A stretch of 64,000 bases of DNA from Balanoglossus misakiensis (taxonomy: Eukaryota; Animalia; Hemichordata): NCBI GenBank assembly GCA_040954595.2, contig CM082579.2:11719834-11783833 (forward strand), written 5' to 3'. The notes under the pieces are model-generated. The model saw nothing but the letters and a program-made list of their open reading frames with translations, was not told the origin of the DNA and did no database searches. This document shows, piece after piece, positions 38,516 to 52,129 of this stretch; positions within the stretch are counted from its first letter, which is position 1, and the number at the start of each line of letters is the position of its first letter. A program made the position numbers and the translations under genes.

Positions 38516-39653
38516 CACCTTGTATCAAAAGATCAACTATTATTATTACAAATTCTACGATTTAGTATTCTAGGGCACCACTAGCTGGAGAAACGATAGG
38601 CGGTCTAATCTCCACAACGTTGTTTCTTGAGTCACTGGACTCACTTTTATTCAAGAACTAGATTAGCTACCCTTACTTTATATTCCGCTCTACTTTAGTA
38701 TCGAGCACTTTGTATCGGACCAGTCGAACCGCATACTTCGTATTACATACATACATGTACATGTACTATGGGCTATGTAATTAATGGCACGTAGTGTCGC
38801 TTCTGGCGTGAGATAATGGCTCTTTCATCAAACCACTTTTAACGTTTTAGAGAAACAACAAAACGTGGGTGTCCTGAAGCAAGCATGCGAAATACTCGTA
38901 TTTTATTACGTTATTCATATTCATGAACCAATCTTCGCTGTGAAATCGCGAGGTGCTTGTAATCAGTATTTGTGCGAACACCACCACAACCAAAACAACG
39001 ATGAACTCGGTCGTCCCATTCGGAAACACAGAGGATAGAGTAAAGGTATGGGCAACTCTTAACAAAGAAATGACCATGTCATAGATTGGTTTGAAATGAC
39101 GTTGAGGCATTTACATTTTCAATTTATACGGGTCACGTTCGATTGATGTGATACATGAGTGTGGAAAATTACAGCCTGTTAATAACAGGTTTAACATTAA
39201 TTCGTGTTGTGTTATTTACACTGCATTACAAAAAGTGAGAATTGTTTTTTTATGATTTAGAAAGAAGAAGAAGAAGAAGAAAGAAGACGGAAACGAATCT
39301 TCTTGTTGGTTATCCTGATGTCAGCTGGCCTAATCGCTGCAACTGCTCTTTTTTCAACTGCCGCTTTGTTATCGGTATATTCTGGAACTAAATCTACAAA
39401 TATCGACACGGAAGAAACACCTGTCAATCTTCCATGCAACGTCGATGCAGGTACGTGTACTGTTAATTTATCCGTGCTTTGCTATGATAATATTCGACTC
39501 AGTACAGATTGTTGTTTGGGTGGGAATAGGGCCATTGTATGTGTTTCTTCAACACTATCTTGTGGGAATGCATGCAGAAGGAGACTTGTTAAGTGTTGGT
39601 TTGTACATGTTGTTGGTTTTAATTTGTGGAAACTCCTCACAATGAGTTGTAGT

Positions 39654-39781
39654 GGATGGATGGATGGATGGATGGGATGGATGGATGGATGGATGGATGG
39701 ATGGATGGACGGTTGGATGGATGGATGGATTGGTGGATGGATGGATGGATGGATGGATGGATGGATGGATGGCGAGATGGA
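39654..39781. repeat. (GGAT)n microsatellite
   Basis: Direct reading; much shorter and interrupted in copy C (~48866-48966). Confidence 0.97.
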
Positions 39782-40494
39782 TGCATGCATGCATGCATGC
39801 ATGATAACTATAAATATATTTCTTCTGACACCCGCCGGTGCGGTGGCCAATCCTGCCGTCATCGCAACCTCCACTTCTATTATAGTGAACGACACTTGTA
39901 CCGAATTTCCAAATACCGAAACAGGGGGAATGTCTGACAACCCGGAAGATGACGTCACTGCAGGTATGGATGCTGTCAGTTCCTGTGTGTTGCATGCAGG
40001 CGATGTCTTATTAGTCATTAGTCCTGATCAAAATTCTTCCATGTCATCAACTCTCGTCTAGCCCTTGCACACAAAAATCCTATTCCAATGCTAACATCAC
40101 CCAGAATTCCCGTGACGCGCTTCCAATCGTACAACACAATCCTCAGATTCCTCTGTCCTACTTCAGTATGACAATAATACCCGCGTTTCGAGTCTTTTGG
40201 CGACCCGCCCTAATCCGAACAGCTCTAAACGTCATCGATACCACGCATGTTTTGTTCAGCCCCTATAAACCTGTAATGGTAGACATGAACAGTAATAATA
40301 ACCTTAAGAGTGTGAGAACAAATGACGTTTTGTTCAGAGCTTTGTCGATAGATTTTTTTCTAACAGTGTAGCGAGTATACAATAGATGCCAGGATTAACA
40401 CGCACAAGTGTAGTTTTCATATTGGATCGGTTATCTTGCATCGCTTGAAGATAAACATTTAACGGTCGGTCTGTTTTTGTACGACACATTTTAG

Positions 40495-41143
40495 GCCCTG
40501 AGATTAACACCTGTGATGTGAATAACGGAGGCTGCCAACATATTTGTAATCAAGAAAGTCCGTCCCAAGTCAACTGTTCTTGTAATGCGAGTTACGAGCT
40601 CGGAGATGACGGCCAATCATGCCAGTTGATTTGTCAAATATTTCCGGGTGAGAATTAATGTCAATCATTATTTGTAGGCACTGTAATACCAAGTTAGTAT
40701 TAATCTTAGCACATATTAAATAGAATACAAGACGTTTGGTAACTTAGTATGAACACCGCATCTGAGATTTCCAGAACCACCTCTGATTTTTGGACACAAT
40801 TTGTTTTTGCAGATCAACAACCGTACACCGCTGTCGTGTACTGTAAGCGATACGTACTGTACACGGAGGCGACGACATGGGAAGTGGCGAAGACGAACTG
40901 TCAAAATTCCGGCGGCATTTTCTGGAGCATCAGAAACCGAGTGGCCGAGAAGTGCGTGACCGATCTAATCAGAGCGACTCTGGATGAAAGCACCTGGATC
41001 GGGTTGTTCAACAGCGGCGACAGACCCGAGGTTATTGGGGATTACCAATGGGTCGATGGTGGAGACTTTTTGGGCCCGTCTAAATATCAGCGCTGGTCGG
41101 GTGGGAATCCGAGCGCCCAAAAACAGCACTGTGTACTGCTCTG
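40495..41143 (+). CDS. EGF-like exon (40495-40647) + C-type lectin exon (40813-41143), partial gene, copy A
   Basis: CDVNNGGCQHICNQESPSQVNCSCNASYELGDDGQSC; TWEVAKTNC..G..WIGL..YQWVDG..YQRWSGGNP..HCVLLW; AG/GT borders in phase; first and last exons not located. Confidence 0.8.
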
Positions 41144-42180
41144 GTATGAAGCACTGTCATTAAAGAGGCTATTAACTGTAACTTTTCAGCTTTTTTTCTC
41201 CCAAAACTAGAAAATTAGTAACATTGTATCTTTGGGGCGGTGTCTGCCATGTTGTGTTAAAATCGTTTATCTTCTTTGACCAATTACGTGGATGACTATC
41301 GTTCTTACATGTCTTTACAAAGAACACACACTGGTTAGGCTAAAAGTATTAAATTTCAGGAAAACCTTCCCATTTATTTCAAAGGAGAAATCATGTAACC
41401 GTATTCAATTGACATGCGTGCGGAGAGCTTGAGTCGAAATTCTCATGTAATATTTCTGTTTTAGGAAAAGCCGTAACTACCGTTGGGACAATCTTGCATG
41501 TTGGGGCAGACTTGCATATGTATGTCAATACCAAGGTATTGTGTTTTTTTACCTATTTGAGTTTTGTATGCATGCTTGTTTTTTCCTTTCTCTCGATTTG
41601 ACCAGCATGCGACACAACATTCACAAAAAGCGCACAGAATTTCTCCCTCTTGTTTAATCCCTTCAGTCCCAGATCCCTCTTTAGAAGCCCAACCATGCAT
41701 AGAAAACAATGGGTTTGGACTGAACCATTCTGGTGAAAGGGTTGACATGTATTGGGATGGGCAATGATTTGTGTTTACGTATGTCAAGTACACACTGTCG
41801 AGTGAACGATTTAACAGGCGCCTGGAACTGACGAATCTCACAAACACGTGGGAATGCGGATTTGTCCCACAACCGTCTCAATTCCTTGTAAAATTAGAAG
41901 CGGTGTCAAATGTACAATGTCTGATAAAGAAATTAATTCCTTAATGGCCTAGTCAGGGTTTGAATTGGACAAATACAAACACCACATCAGCTTGTGCCTC
42001 AAAATCAACACATTCATGTGAGCATTACGCCTTCTGGTGACAAAAACCTGTTAATTTTTGTATTACAAGTACTACTATTACAATTTTGGGGTCTGCAGAA
42101 TTAAAAACAATGACATGTTGATTATTATAGAGTTGTATGAATGTAGAAAAACAGTTATAACGGTCACCTGAAAAGCATTA

Positions 42181-43032
42181 GGTTTTGGATGTCTGAAAAC
42201 TTCTTGTGCTTAAACGATGATAAGACTGAATTTGTTATTTTCTCTGGTATTTCGGGTGATCTGTCTGCTAGAGGGATTTCAGAAATTCGTGTTGGCGATT
42301 CTCTGATTCCCGTCCATTGTCAGGCTAAGAGCCTAGGAGTGATCCTTGACTCTTGTCTGACAATGAAGCCACATATTGGACAGATCTGCCGCTCTGCCAC
42401 TTTTCATTTACGTCGCATTGCGCTTATCCGCAAATATTTATCTCATTCTGCTACAGAGCAATTAGTTCATGCATTCATTACTTCTCGAATTGATTCATGT
42501 AATTCACTTTTATTTGGGCTCCCGAAGTATTCAATCAACCGTATCCAACGCGTTCAGAATATTGCTGCTAGAATTGTTACTCGTTCAAAAATCACCTGTC
42601 ACATCACTCCAATTTTGTATCAGTTGCACTGGCTACCTGTTACAGAGCGTATTGTTTTTAAGATGTTAGTTCTCATTTTTAAATCCATTAATAAACTTGG
42701 TCCAATCTATCTTTCTAGCATGACTAATCTATATGTTCCGTGTCGCAATTTAAGGTCAGCTGATCAGTTCAAACACTGCCCTGTTCGATCACGCGCCAAG
42801 AGTTATGGTGATCGTGCTTTTACTGTTGCTGCTCCAATTCTTCGGAATAATCTTCCACTCACCATTCGCCAGGCACCAGACTTATCTGTTTTTAAATCAA
42901 ATGTTAAAACTTTACTTTTTAAATCTGTTTTTTAGCCATCTGTTGTATTGTACTTTTGCTTTAAGCGTCATTGATCACATTTTTGTGGATACTGACGCTA
43001 TACAAATAAATTATTATTATTATTTATTATTA
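42181..43032 (+). mobile_element. L2-clade LINE 3' fragment (RT C-terminus, TTA tail)
   Basis: WMSENFLCLNDDKTEF..SLGVILD..LVHAFITSRIDSCNSLL..QNIAAR..LHWLP..GDRAFTVAAP; aataaa plus (tta)n tail; empty site at ~51340 in copy C. Confidence 0.92.
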
Positions 43033-44052
43033 CTATGATAAAATGTAACAACGAATTCCTTCTCTTTTGTCATCTGTTCATTTATTTCTTCTTTCCTATA
43101 CAGATTGTTTCAACAATTAATCCTGTGTGTGGGAGACAACGCCAGGAACTTCCTTGTGACGTACACAAAAACTCATGTATTTGGAAAAGTTTGATTGTCT
43201 TAAAATTATATTTTCTTCAGGCTTCACAACTTTCCAATGAAAGGTCATCATATAGTAACCAGATGTTTTCATTATCTATAAAAAATCATATTATTATATT
43301 ACAAAGTGCTCTCAATGGACAAACTTAATCATGATATCCTGACAGCACATGATAAAAAGCTGGGGGGCAAAATATTTCATTAAATTTTGAGTTGGGGAGT
43401 GCACCCCCTCTGGCTTTACCTAATTCAAAACCAAAAACTTACTAACCTGATTCTAAATCACTGTGACATACCAGATCATGCAAATATGGGAAAATCATGC
43501 ATAAAGAGTGGGACATATACCCGTTTAGTTCTTCTGTGCAAGTCCCCTCAATTTGAAATGATTCTAGTACTCCTTTAGTTGTAAATTCACGTTTAGAACC
43601 ATGAATATGTGCACATGGCAAGAGCATGTTCAAAAATACAATACGTGCTCAAAGAAAGAAAGATTTGTCTACAATTGGACTGTGTAATTTTGCCACCAAG
43701 TCCGTATGTCTCTCCGTGATTAAACAACTTCTTCCACGTATCACTGAAATCATGTATCAAGCCTTTGACCAAAGACTTTGCCCCCTTTTATGCAAAAACC
43801 AAACAGACTATCAATGCCAATGTTCCTCGACCAGAAAAACAAACTGGGGCATTGTAACTACAGTACATGTACATGTATATGAGAAACCAACTTCTGCAAC
43901 TGCACTACAATATAGCAGCACACTAAGTTTTGATATGTTATCTATTAAAATTGTACTCGACTGAGTCTCGTCATCTGGCATTTGTTTTTCGTTGTTTTTT
44001 CTTCATCACACACACTAACATATATATCCGTTCCTACTGTATGACAGCTTAC

Positions 44053-44162
44053 CTTTCATCCTTGCTAGCTTGGTTCCATAGGCCAAGTCATATTGATAAC
44101 CAAGTATGAAGGTCAAAGGCACTAGCAGGGCAATGAAACCAGAACTTTTAGTCTTTAAAGCC
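44053..44162 (-). pseudogene. PLGRKT: Orphan PLGRKT exon 3 (copy A)
   Basis: ALKTKSSGFIALLVPLTFILGYQYDLAYGTKLARMK with AG/GT borders; exon 4 deleted in this copy (~43810). Confidence 0.8.
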
Positions 44163-46149
44163 CTAGTGTAACAAAAAAACCTCAGTAAAGGCATTTAAAT
44201 TAACTAATTTTATTTGAATTTAAATTTATGAAATTAATACTAAAAGGTGCACGCTCATGAACCTTGAACGGAACAGCAAAGGGACATTGAGCCAACCCCT
44301 GTATAATCCTTCGCTGGCTTCACATTTTGTTTATTCCATGCCCTCAATGGTAATACAGCTGAAAAGGGGAGGCAGTGAATTTGGAAGCCAACAAAGTGCT
44401 TTTGCATGTTATGTGTGACACCCCCTGTAGCATTTCACACAACCTCTGGCACACTCAAATCCAGTCGGGTGAGATTGCTTGACTGTCATGTCCAAGACTT
44501 TCGCTGCATGGTCTTCGCACATTGGTGTACAGTGCCCACACTTTGTGTTACAGAGAATGTAATTGGTCCGGCGTCATGACTGACAAGAATTTTGTTCCAA
44601 AAGAAACAAATGGATGAAAGTCTGGTTTAGAATTATCAGTCAAATAAATTATTTTGTATCCGTGAGTGAGTCCAGTGACTCAAGAAACAACGTTGTAGAG
44701 ATTACACCGCCTATCGTTTCTCCAGCTACGCTTACTTTATATTATATTTAGTGTCGAGCATTTGAATCGAACCAGTCGAACCGCATACTTCGTATACATA
44801 CATACAACAACGATTATAGACAGATAATCGGATTTATAGACATGCAATTGTATTTTACATTATGTGTATTGTATTATATTCATACTTTGGTAATTTACTG
44901 TAATTTCAGTTGTAGACCACCCTCTACGGGGGTAGGATTACATACAATTGTGCCTTAGAGGGGGGATCGCTTAATCGATCTGCCTCTTGCCTATTTCTCC
45001 TACAACTCAACAGACAGCGTTTGTTTTTTCGCTCTAGTTTTTTCACCCTCTTCCACCCCGTCAACCGCCATTGCTTTGCACACGTTGGCTTTGGCGTTTT
45101 TGAGGCCCACGCCTTTGTGGTCGATTAATGTGTGCTTATTTTCAGTGGATTACTGTTTTGTAAGTTTTTCCTCGCCAGTGGACCTTTGAACTGTGACCCC
45201 CTTTGTTCGAGGTTTTTCTGTGTTTTCCTTTTGAGGACACTGGCGAGGAATTTTGAAATGTTTACACATTTTCTCATTCTATTAAATGTCAAGGTTACTT
45301 GGCCTTTCGCTCCATGTTGTTAGTCTTTAGTGTTTATTAATCTCCCACAAACAGAGCCAAATGACCAGAAGTGGTTGAGTACATCGGCAATGCAGGGATA
45401 TACATAAATACTATGGGCTATGTAATTAATGGCATGTAGTGTCGCTTCTGGCGTGAGATAATGGCTCTTTCATCAAACCACTTTTAACGTTTTAGAGAAT
45501 CAACAAAACTGCACGTGGGTGTCCTGAAGCAAACATGCGAAATACTGAACCAATCTTCGCTTTGAAATCGCGAGGTGCTTGTAATCAGTATTTGCGCGAA
45601 CACCTCCACAACCAAAACAACGATGAACTCGGTCGTCCCATTCGGAAACACGGAGGATGGAGTAAAGGTATAGGCAACTCTTTACAAAGTAATGACCATG
45701 TCATAGAAAAGTTTGAAATGACGTTGAGGCATTTACATTTTAATTCATACAGGTCACGTTCGATTGATGTGATACATGAGTGTGGAAACTTACAGCCTGC
45801 TACAGGTTTAACATAAATTCGTGTTGTACTATTTACACCGCATTACAAAAAGTGAGAATTGTTTTTTATAATTTAGAAAAAAGAAGAAGAAGAAAGACGA
45901 CGGAACCGAATCTTCTTATTAGTTATTCTGATGTCAGCCGGCCTAATCGCCGCAACTGCTCTTTTTACAGAAAATACAATACGTGCTCCAAGAAAGAAAG
46001 TTTTGTCTACAATTGGACTGTGTAATTTTGCCACCAAGTCCCTATGTCTCTCCGTGATAAAACAACTTCTTACACGTGTCACTGAAATCATGTATCAAGC
46101 CTTTGACGAAAGACTTTGCCCCCTTGTATGCAAAAACCAAACAGAGTAT

Positions 46150-46733
46150 CTACTTGGACCTTAAAGCTTCCCTAGCTTTGTCTAGTTGTTTTATTGTATA
46201 CCCTCTGGAAGATCTAACAGCGATATCTCATTTTTCAGTAGACTCTCCGCCTCATCTGTAATACAGGGGGGGGGGGGATTGATTATTAGTATTTTGTTTT
46301 AGAGGCTGCTGCTATGATGTTAATGTTCCTCGACCAGAAAAACAAACTGGAGCATTGTAACTACAGTACATGTACATGTATATGAGAAACCAATCTGATT
46401 AAAATCAGAAGTAGGGAACGGCGACGTGGTTCCCTACATCTGATTTTAATCAGATTGATGAGAAACCAACTTCTGCAACTGCACTACAACATAGCTGCAC
46501 ACTAAGTTTTGATAAGTATCTATTAAAAGTGTACTCGACTGAGTCTCGTCATCTGTTTTTAGTTTTTTTTTCTTCATCACACACACTAACATCTATTGCC
46601 GTTCCTACTGTATGACAGCTTACCTTTCATCCTTGCTACCTTGGTTCCATAGGCCAAGTCATATTGATAACAAAGTATGAAGGTCAAAGGCACTAGCGGG
46701 GCAATGAAACCAGAACTTTTAGTCTTTAAAGCC
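46150..46733 (-). pseudogene. PLGRKT: PLGRKT exons 3-4 (copy B)
   Basis: Exon 46733-46624 (FIAPLVPLTFILCYQYDLAYGTKVARMK) and exon 46255-46150 (DEAESLLKNEISLLDLPEGI, then frameshifted). Confidence 0.8.
46391..46457. mobile_element. 67-bp palindromic insertion with 9-bp TSD (MULE-type micro-MITE)
   Basis: caatctgattaaaatcagaagtagggaac..gttccctacatctgattttaatcagattg flanked by atgagaaac twice; empty sites at ~43879 and ~52357. Confidence 0.88.
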
Positions 46734-49667
46734 CTAGTGGAACAAAAAAACTCAGTAAGGACATTTAAATGAACTAATTTTATTTGAAAGTAAATACTAA
46801 AAGGTGCACGCTGATGAACCTTGAATTCTCAGTGTCCCAGCTGTGCACGGAACAGCAAAGGGACATTGAGCCAACCCCTGTATAATCCTTCGCTGGCTTC
46901 ACATATTGTTTATTCCATGCCCTCAATGGTTATACAGCTGAAAAGGGGAGGCAGTGAATTTGGAAGCCAACAAAGTGCTTTTGCATGTTGTGTGTGACAC
47001 CCCCTGAGGCATTTCACACAATCTCTGGCACACTCAAATCCAGTCGGGTGAGATTGCTTGACTGTCATGTCCAAGACTTTTGCTGCATGGTCTTCGCAAA
47101 TTGGTGTACAGTGCACACACTTTATGTTACAGAGAATGTTATTGGTCCGGCGTCACGACTGACAAGAATTTTGTACGAAAAGAAACAAATGGATGAAAGT
47201 CTGGTTTAGAATTATCAGACAAATACATTATTTTGTATCCGTGAGTGAGTCCAGTGACTCAAGAAACAACGTTGTAGAGATTACACCGCCTATCGTTTCT
47301 CCAGCTACCCTTACTTTGTATTATATTTAGTGTCGAGCATTTGAATCGGACCAGTCGAACCGCATACTTCGTATACATACATACAACAACGATTATAGAC
47401 AGATAATAGGATTTATAGACATGCAATTGTATTTTACTTTATATGTAATGTATTAAATTCATTTCTTGGTAATTTTTTGTAATTTCAGTTGTAGACCACC
47501 CTCTACGGGGGTAGGATTACAATTGTGCCTTATAGGGGGGATCGCTAGATCGATCTGCCTCTTGCCTATTTCTCCTACAACTCAGCAGACAGCGTTTGGT
47601 TTTTTGCTCTAGTTTTTTTCACCCTCCTCCACCCCGTCAACCTCCATTGCTTTGCACACGTTGGCTTTGGCGTTGTTGAGGCCCACACCTTTGTGGTCGA
47701 TTAATATGTGCTTATTTTCAGTGGTTTACTGTTTTGTAAGTTTTTCCTCGCCAGTGGTTCTTTGAACTGTGACCCCCTTTGTTCGAGGTTTTTCTGTGTT
47801 TTCCTTTTGAGGACACTGGCGAGGAATTTTGAAATGTTTACACAACATTCTATTAAATGTCAAGGTTACTTGGCCTTTCGCTCCATGTCGTTAGTCTTTA
47901 GTGTTTATTAATCTCCCACAAACAGAGCAAAATGACCAGAAGTGGTTGAGTACATAGGCAATGCAGGGATATAAATAAATACTATGGGCTATGTAATTAA
48001 TGGCATGTAGTGTCGCTTCTGGCGTGAGATAATGGCTCATTCATTAAACCACTTTAACTGTTTAGAGAATCAACAAAACTGCACATGGGTGTCCTGAAGC
48101 AAACATGCGAAATACTCGTATTTTATTACATTATTCATATTCATGAACCAATCTTCGCTGTGAAATCGCGAGGTGCTTATAATCAGTATTTGTGCGAACA
48201 CCTCCACAAACAAAACAACGATGAACTCGGTCGTCCCATTCGGAAACACAGAAGACGAAGAAAAGGTATAGGCAACTCTTTACAAAGTAATGAACATGTC
48301 AAAGATTAGTTTGAAATGACGTTGAGGCATTTACATTTTCAATTTATACGGGTCACGTTCGATTGATGTGATACATGAGTGTGGAAAATTACAGCCTGTT
48401 AATAACAGGTTTAACATTAATTCGTGTTGTGTTATTTACACTGCATTACAAAAAGTGAGAATTGTTTTTTTATGATTTAGAAAGAAGAAGAAGAAGAAGA
48501 AGAAAGAAGACGGAAACGAATCTTCTTGTTGGTTATCCTGATGTCAGCTGGCCTAATCGCTGCAACTGCTCTTTTTTCAACTGCCGCTTTCTTATCGGTA
48601 AATTCTGGAACTAAATCTACAAATATCGACACGGAAGAAACACCTGTCAATCTTCCACGCAACGCCGATGCAGGTACGTGTACTGTTAATTTATCCGTGC
48701 TTTGCAATGATAATATTCAAATCATTAAAGATTTTTGTTTGGGTGAGAATAGTTCAATTTAATGTGACTATCCTGTGGGAATGCATGCAGAAGGAGAGTT
48801 GTTAAGTGTTCGTTTGTACATGTTGTTGATTTTAATTTGTGGAAACTCCTCACAATGAGTGGTAGTGGATGGATGGATGGCCTATTTTGCTGTAGGGAGG
48901 CTTTACCATGGGGGTGAATTAATGGTTAGTGGTTGAATGGATAGATGAATGGCGAGATGGATGGATGCATGCATGCATGCATTATATTTCTTCTGACACC
49001 AGCCGGTGCGGTGGGTGGCCAATCCTGTCGTCATCGCAACCTCCACTTCTATTATAGTGAACGGCACTTGTACTGAACTTCCAAATACCGAAACAGGGGG
49101 AATGTCTGACAACCCGGAAGATGACGTCACTGCAGGTATGGATGCTGTCAGTTCCTGTGTGTTGCATGCAGGCGATGTCTTATTAGTCCTTAGTCCTGAT
49201 CAAAGCTCTTCCATGTCTTCAACTGTCGTCTTGCCCTTGCACACAAAAATCCTATTCCAATGCTAACATCACCCATAATTCCCGTGACACGCTTCCAATC
49301 GTACAACACAATCCTTAGATTCCTCTGTCCTACTTCAGTATGACAATAATACCCACGAGTTTCGAGTCTTTTGGCGACCTGCCCTAATCCGAATAGCTCT
49401 TAAACGTCATCGATACCACGTATGTTTTGTTCAGCCCCTATAAACCTGTAATGGTAGGCATGAAGAGTAATAATAACCTTAAGAGTGTGAGAACAAATTA
49501 CATATTGTTCAGAGCTTTGTCGATAGACTTTTTCTAACGGTATAGCGATTATACTATAGATACGAGGATTAACACGCGCCAGTGTAGTTTTCATATTGGA
49601 TCGGTTATCTTGCATCGCTTGAAGATAAACATTTAATGGTCGGTCTGTTTTTGTACGACACATTTAG

Positions 49668-50313
49668 GCCCTGAGATTAACACCTGTGATGTGAATAACG
49701 GAGGCTGCCAACATATTTGTAATCAAGAAAGTCCGTCCCAAGTCAACTGTTCTTGTAATGCGAGTTACGACCTCGGAGCTGACGGCCAATCATGCCAGTT
49801 AATTTGTCAAATATTTTCGGGTGAGAATTAATGTCAATCATTATTTGTAGACACTGGAATACAAAGTTAGTATTAATCTTAGCACATATTTAATAGAATA
49901 TAAGACTTTTGGTAAATTAGTATGAACACCGCATCTGAGATTTCCAGGACTACCTCTGATTTTTGGACACAATTTGCTTTAGCAGATCAACAACCGTATA
50001 TCGCTCTCGTGTACTGTAAGCGATACGTACTGTACACGGAGGCGACGACATGGGAAGTGGCGAAGACGAACTGTCAAAACTCCGGCGGCATTTTCTGGAG
50101 CATCAGAAACCGAGTGGCCGAGCAGTGCGTGATCGATCTAATCAGAGCGACTCTGGATAAAAGCACCTGGATCGGGTTGTTCAACAGCGGCGACAGAGGC
50201 ACGGTTATTGGGGATTACCAATGGGTCGATGGTGGAGACTTTTTGGGCCCGTCTAAGTATCAGCGCTGGTCGGATGGGAATCCGACCGCCTATCAGTACT
50301 GTGGACAGCTCTG
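49668..50313 (+). CDS. EGF-like exon (49668-49820) + C-type lectin exon (49986-50313), partial gene, copy C
   Basis: Paralog of 40495-41143 with open frames and conserved splice sites. Confidence 0.8.
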
Positions 50314-52129
50314 GTATGAAGCACTTTCATTAAAGAGGCTATTAACTGTAACTTTTCAGCTTTTTTCTCCCAAAACTAGAAAATTAGCAATATTGTATCT
50401 TCGGGGCGGTGTCTGCCATGTTGCGTTCAAATTGGTTTCTCTTCTTTCACTAATTACGTGGATGACTATCGTTCTTACATGTCTTTACAAAGAATACACA
50501 CTGGTTATACTAAAAGTATTGAACTTCAGGAAAACCTTCCTATTTATTTCAATGGGGAAATCATGTATCGTGTTCAATTGACATGCATGCGGAGAGTTTG
50601 CGTCGAAATTCTCTTGTAATATTTCTGTTTTAGGAGAAGCAGTAACTACCGTTGGGACAATCTTGAATGTTGGAGCAGACGTGCATATGTATGTCAATAC
50701 CAAGGTATTGTTTTTTTTTACCAATTTGGGTTTTGTATGCATGCTTGTATTTTCCTTTCTCTCGATTTGACCAGCATGCGACACAACATTCACAAAAAGC
50801 GCACAGAATTTCTCCCTCTTTTTTAATCCCTTCTGCCCCATTTCCCTCTTTAGAAGCCCAACCATGCATAGAAAACAATGGGTTTGGACTGAACCATTCT
50901 GGTGAAAGGGTTGACATGTATTGGGATGGGCAATGATTTGTGTTTACGTATGTCAGTGAATGTCAAGTACACACTGTCGAGTGCACGATTTAACAGGCGC
51001 CTGGAACTAACGAATCTCACAAACACGTGGGAATGCGGATTTGTCCCACAACCGTCTCAATTCCTTGTAAAATTAGAAGCGGTGTCAAATGTACAATGTC
51101 TGATAAAGAAATAAATTCCTTAACGGCCTAGTCAGGGTTTGAATTGGACAAATACAAACACCACATCAGGTTGTGCCTCAAAATCAACACATTCATGTGA
51201 GCATTACAACTTCTGGCTGCGAAAACCTGTTAATTTTTGTATTACAAGTACTACTATTACAATTTTGGGGTCTGCAGAATTAAAAACAATGACGTGTTGA
51301 TTATTATAGAGTTGTATGACTGTAGAAAAACACCTGAAAAGCACTACGATAAAATGTAACAGCGAATTCCTTCTCTTTTGTCATCTGTTCATTTATTTCT
51401 TCTTTCCTATATACAGATTGTTTAAACGATTAATCCTGTGTGTGGGAGACAACGCCAGGAACTTCCTTGTGACGTACACAAAAACTCATGTTTTTGTAAA
51501 AGTTTTATTGTCTTAAAATTTTATTTTCTACAAGCTTCATAACTTTCCAATGAAAGATCATCATATAGTAACCAGATGTTTTCATTAACTATAACAATTA
51601 TATTATTATATCACAAAGTGGTGTCAATGGACAAACTTAGTCATGATATCCTGATAGTGACAGCACACGATAAAACGCTGGGGGCGTAATATTTCATTAA
51701 AGTTTGAGTTGGGGAGTGCACCCCTCTGGCTTAAACTCTACCTAATTCAAAACCAAAAATTTACTAACCTGATTCTAAATCACTGTGACATACCAGATCA
51801 TGCAAATATGGGAAAATCTTGTATAAAGAGTGGGACATATACCCGTTTAGTTCTCCTATGCAAGTCCCCTAAATTTGAAATGATTCTAGTACTCCTTGAG
51901 TTATAAATTCATGTTTAGAACTATATGTACACATGGTAAGAGCATGTTCAGAAAATACAATACGTGCTCCGAGAAAAAAAGATTTGTCTACAATTGGACT
52001 GTGTAATTTTGCCACCAAGTCCCTATGTCTCTCCATGATTAAACAACTTCTTCCACATGTCACTGGAATCATGTATCAAGCCTTTGACGAAAGACTTTGC
52101 CCCTTTTATGCAAAAACCAAACAGAGTAT

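Noticed and set aside
39303-40061. ORFs rich in MDGW/IHPS
   Set aside because: Translation of the (GGAT)n microsatellite; not preserved in copy C.
41461-41940. ORFs conserved between duplication copies (also 43387-43964 and 45132-45323)
   Set aside because: Similarity reflects recent DNA duplication; indels break the frames and no domains were recognised.
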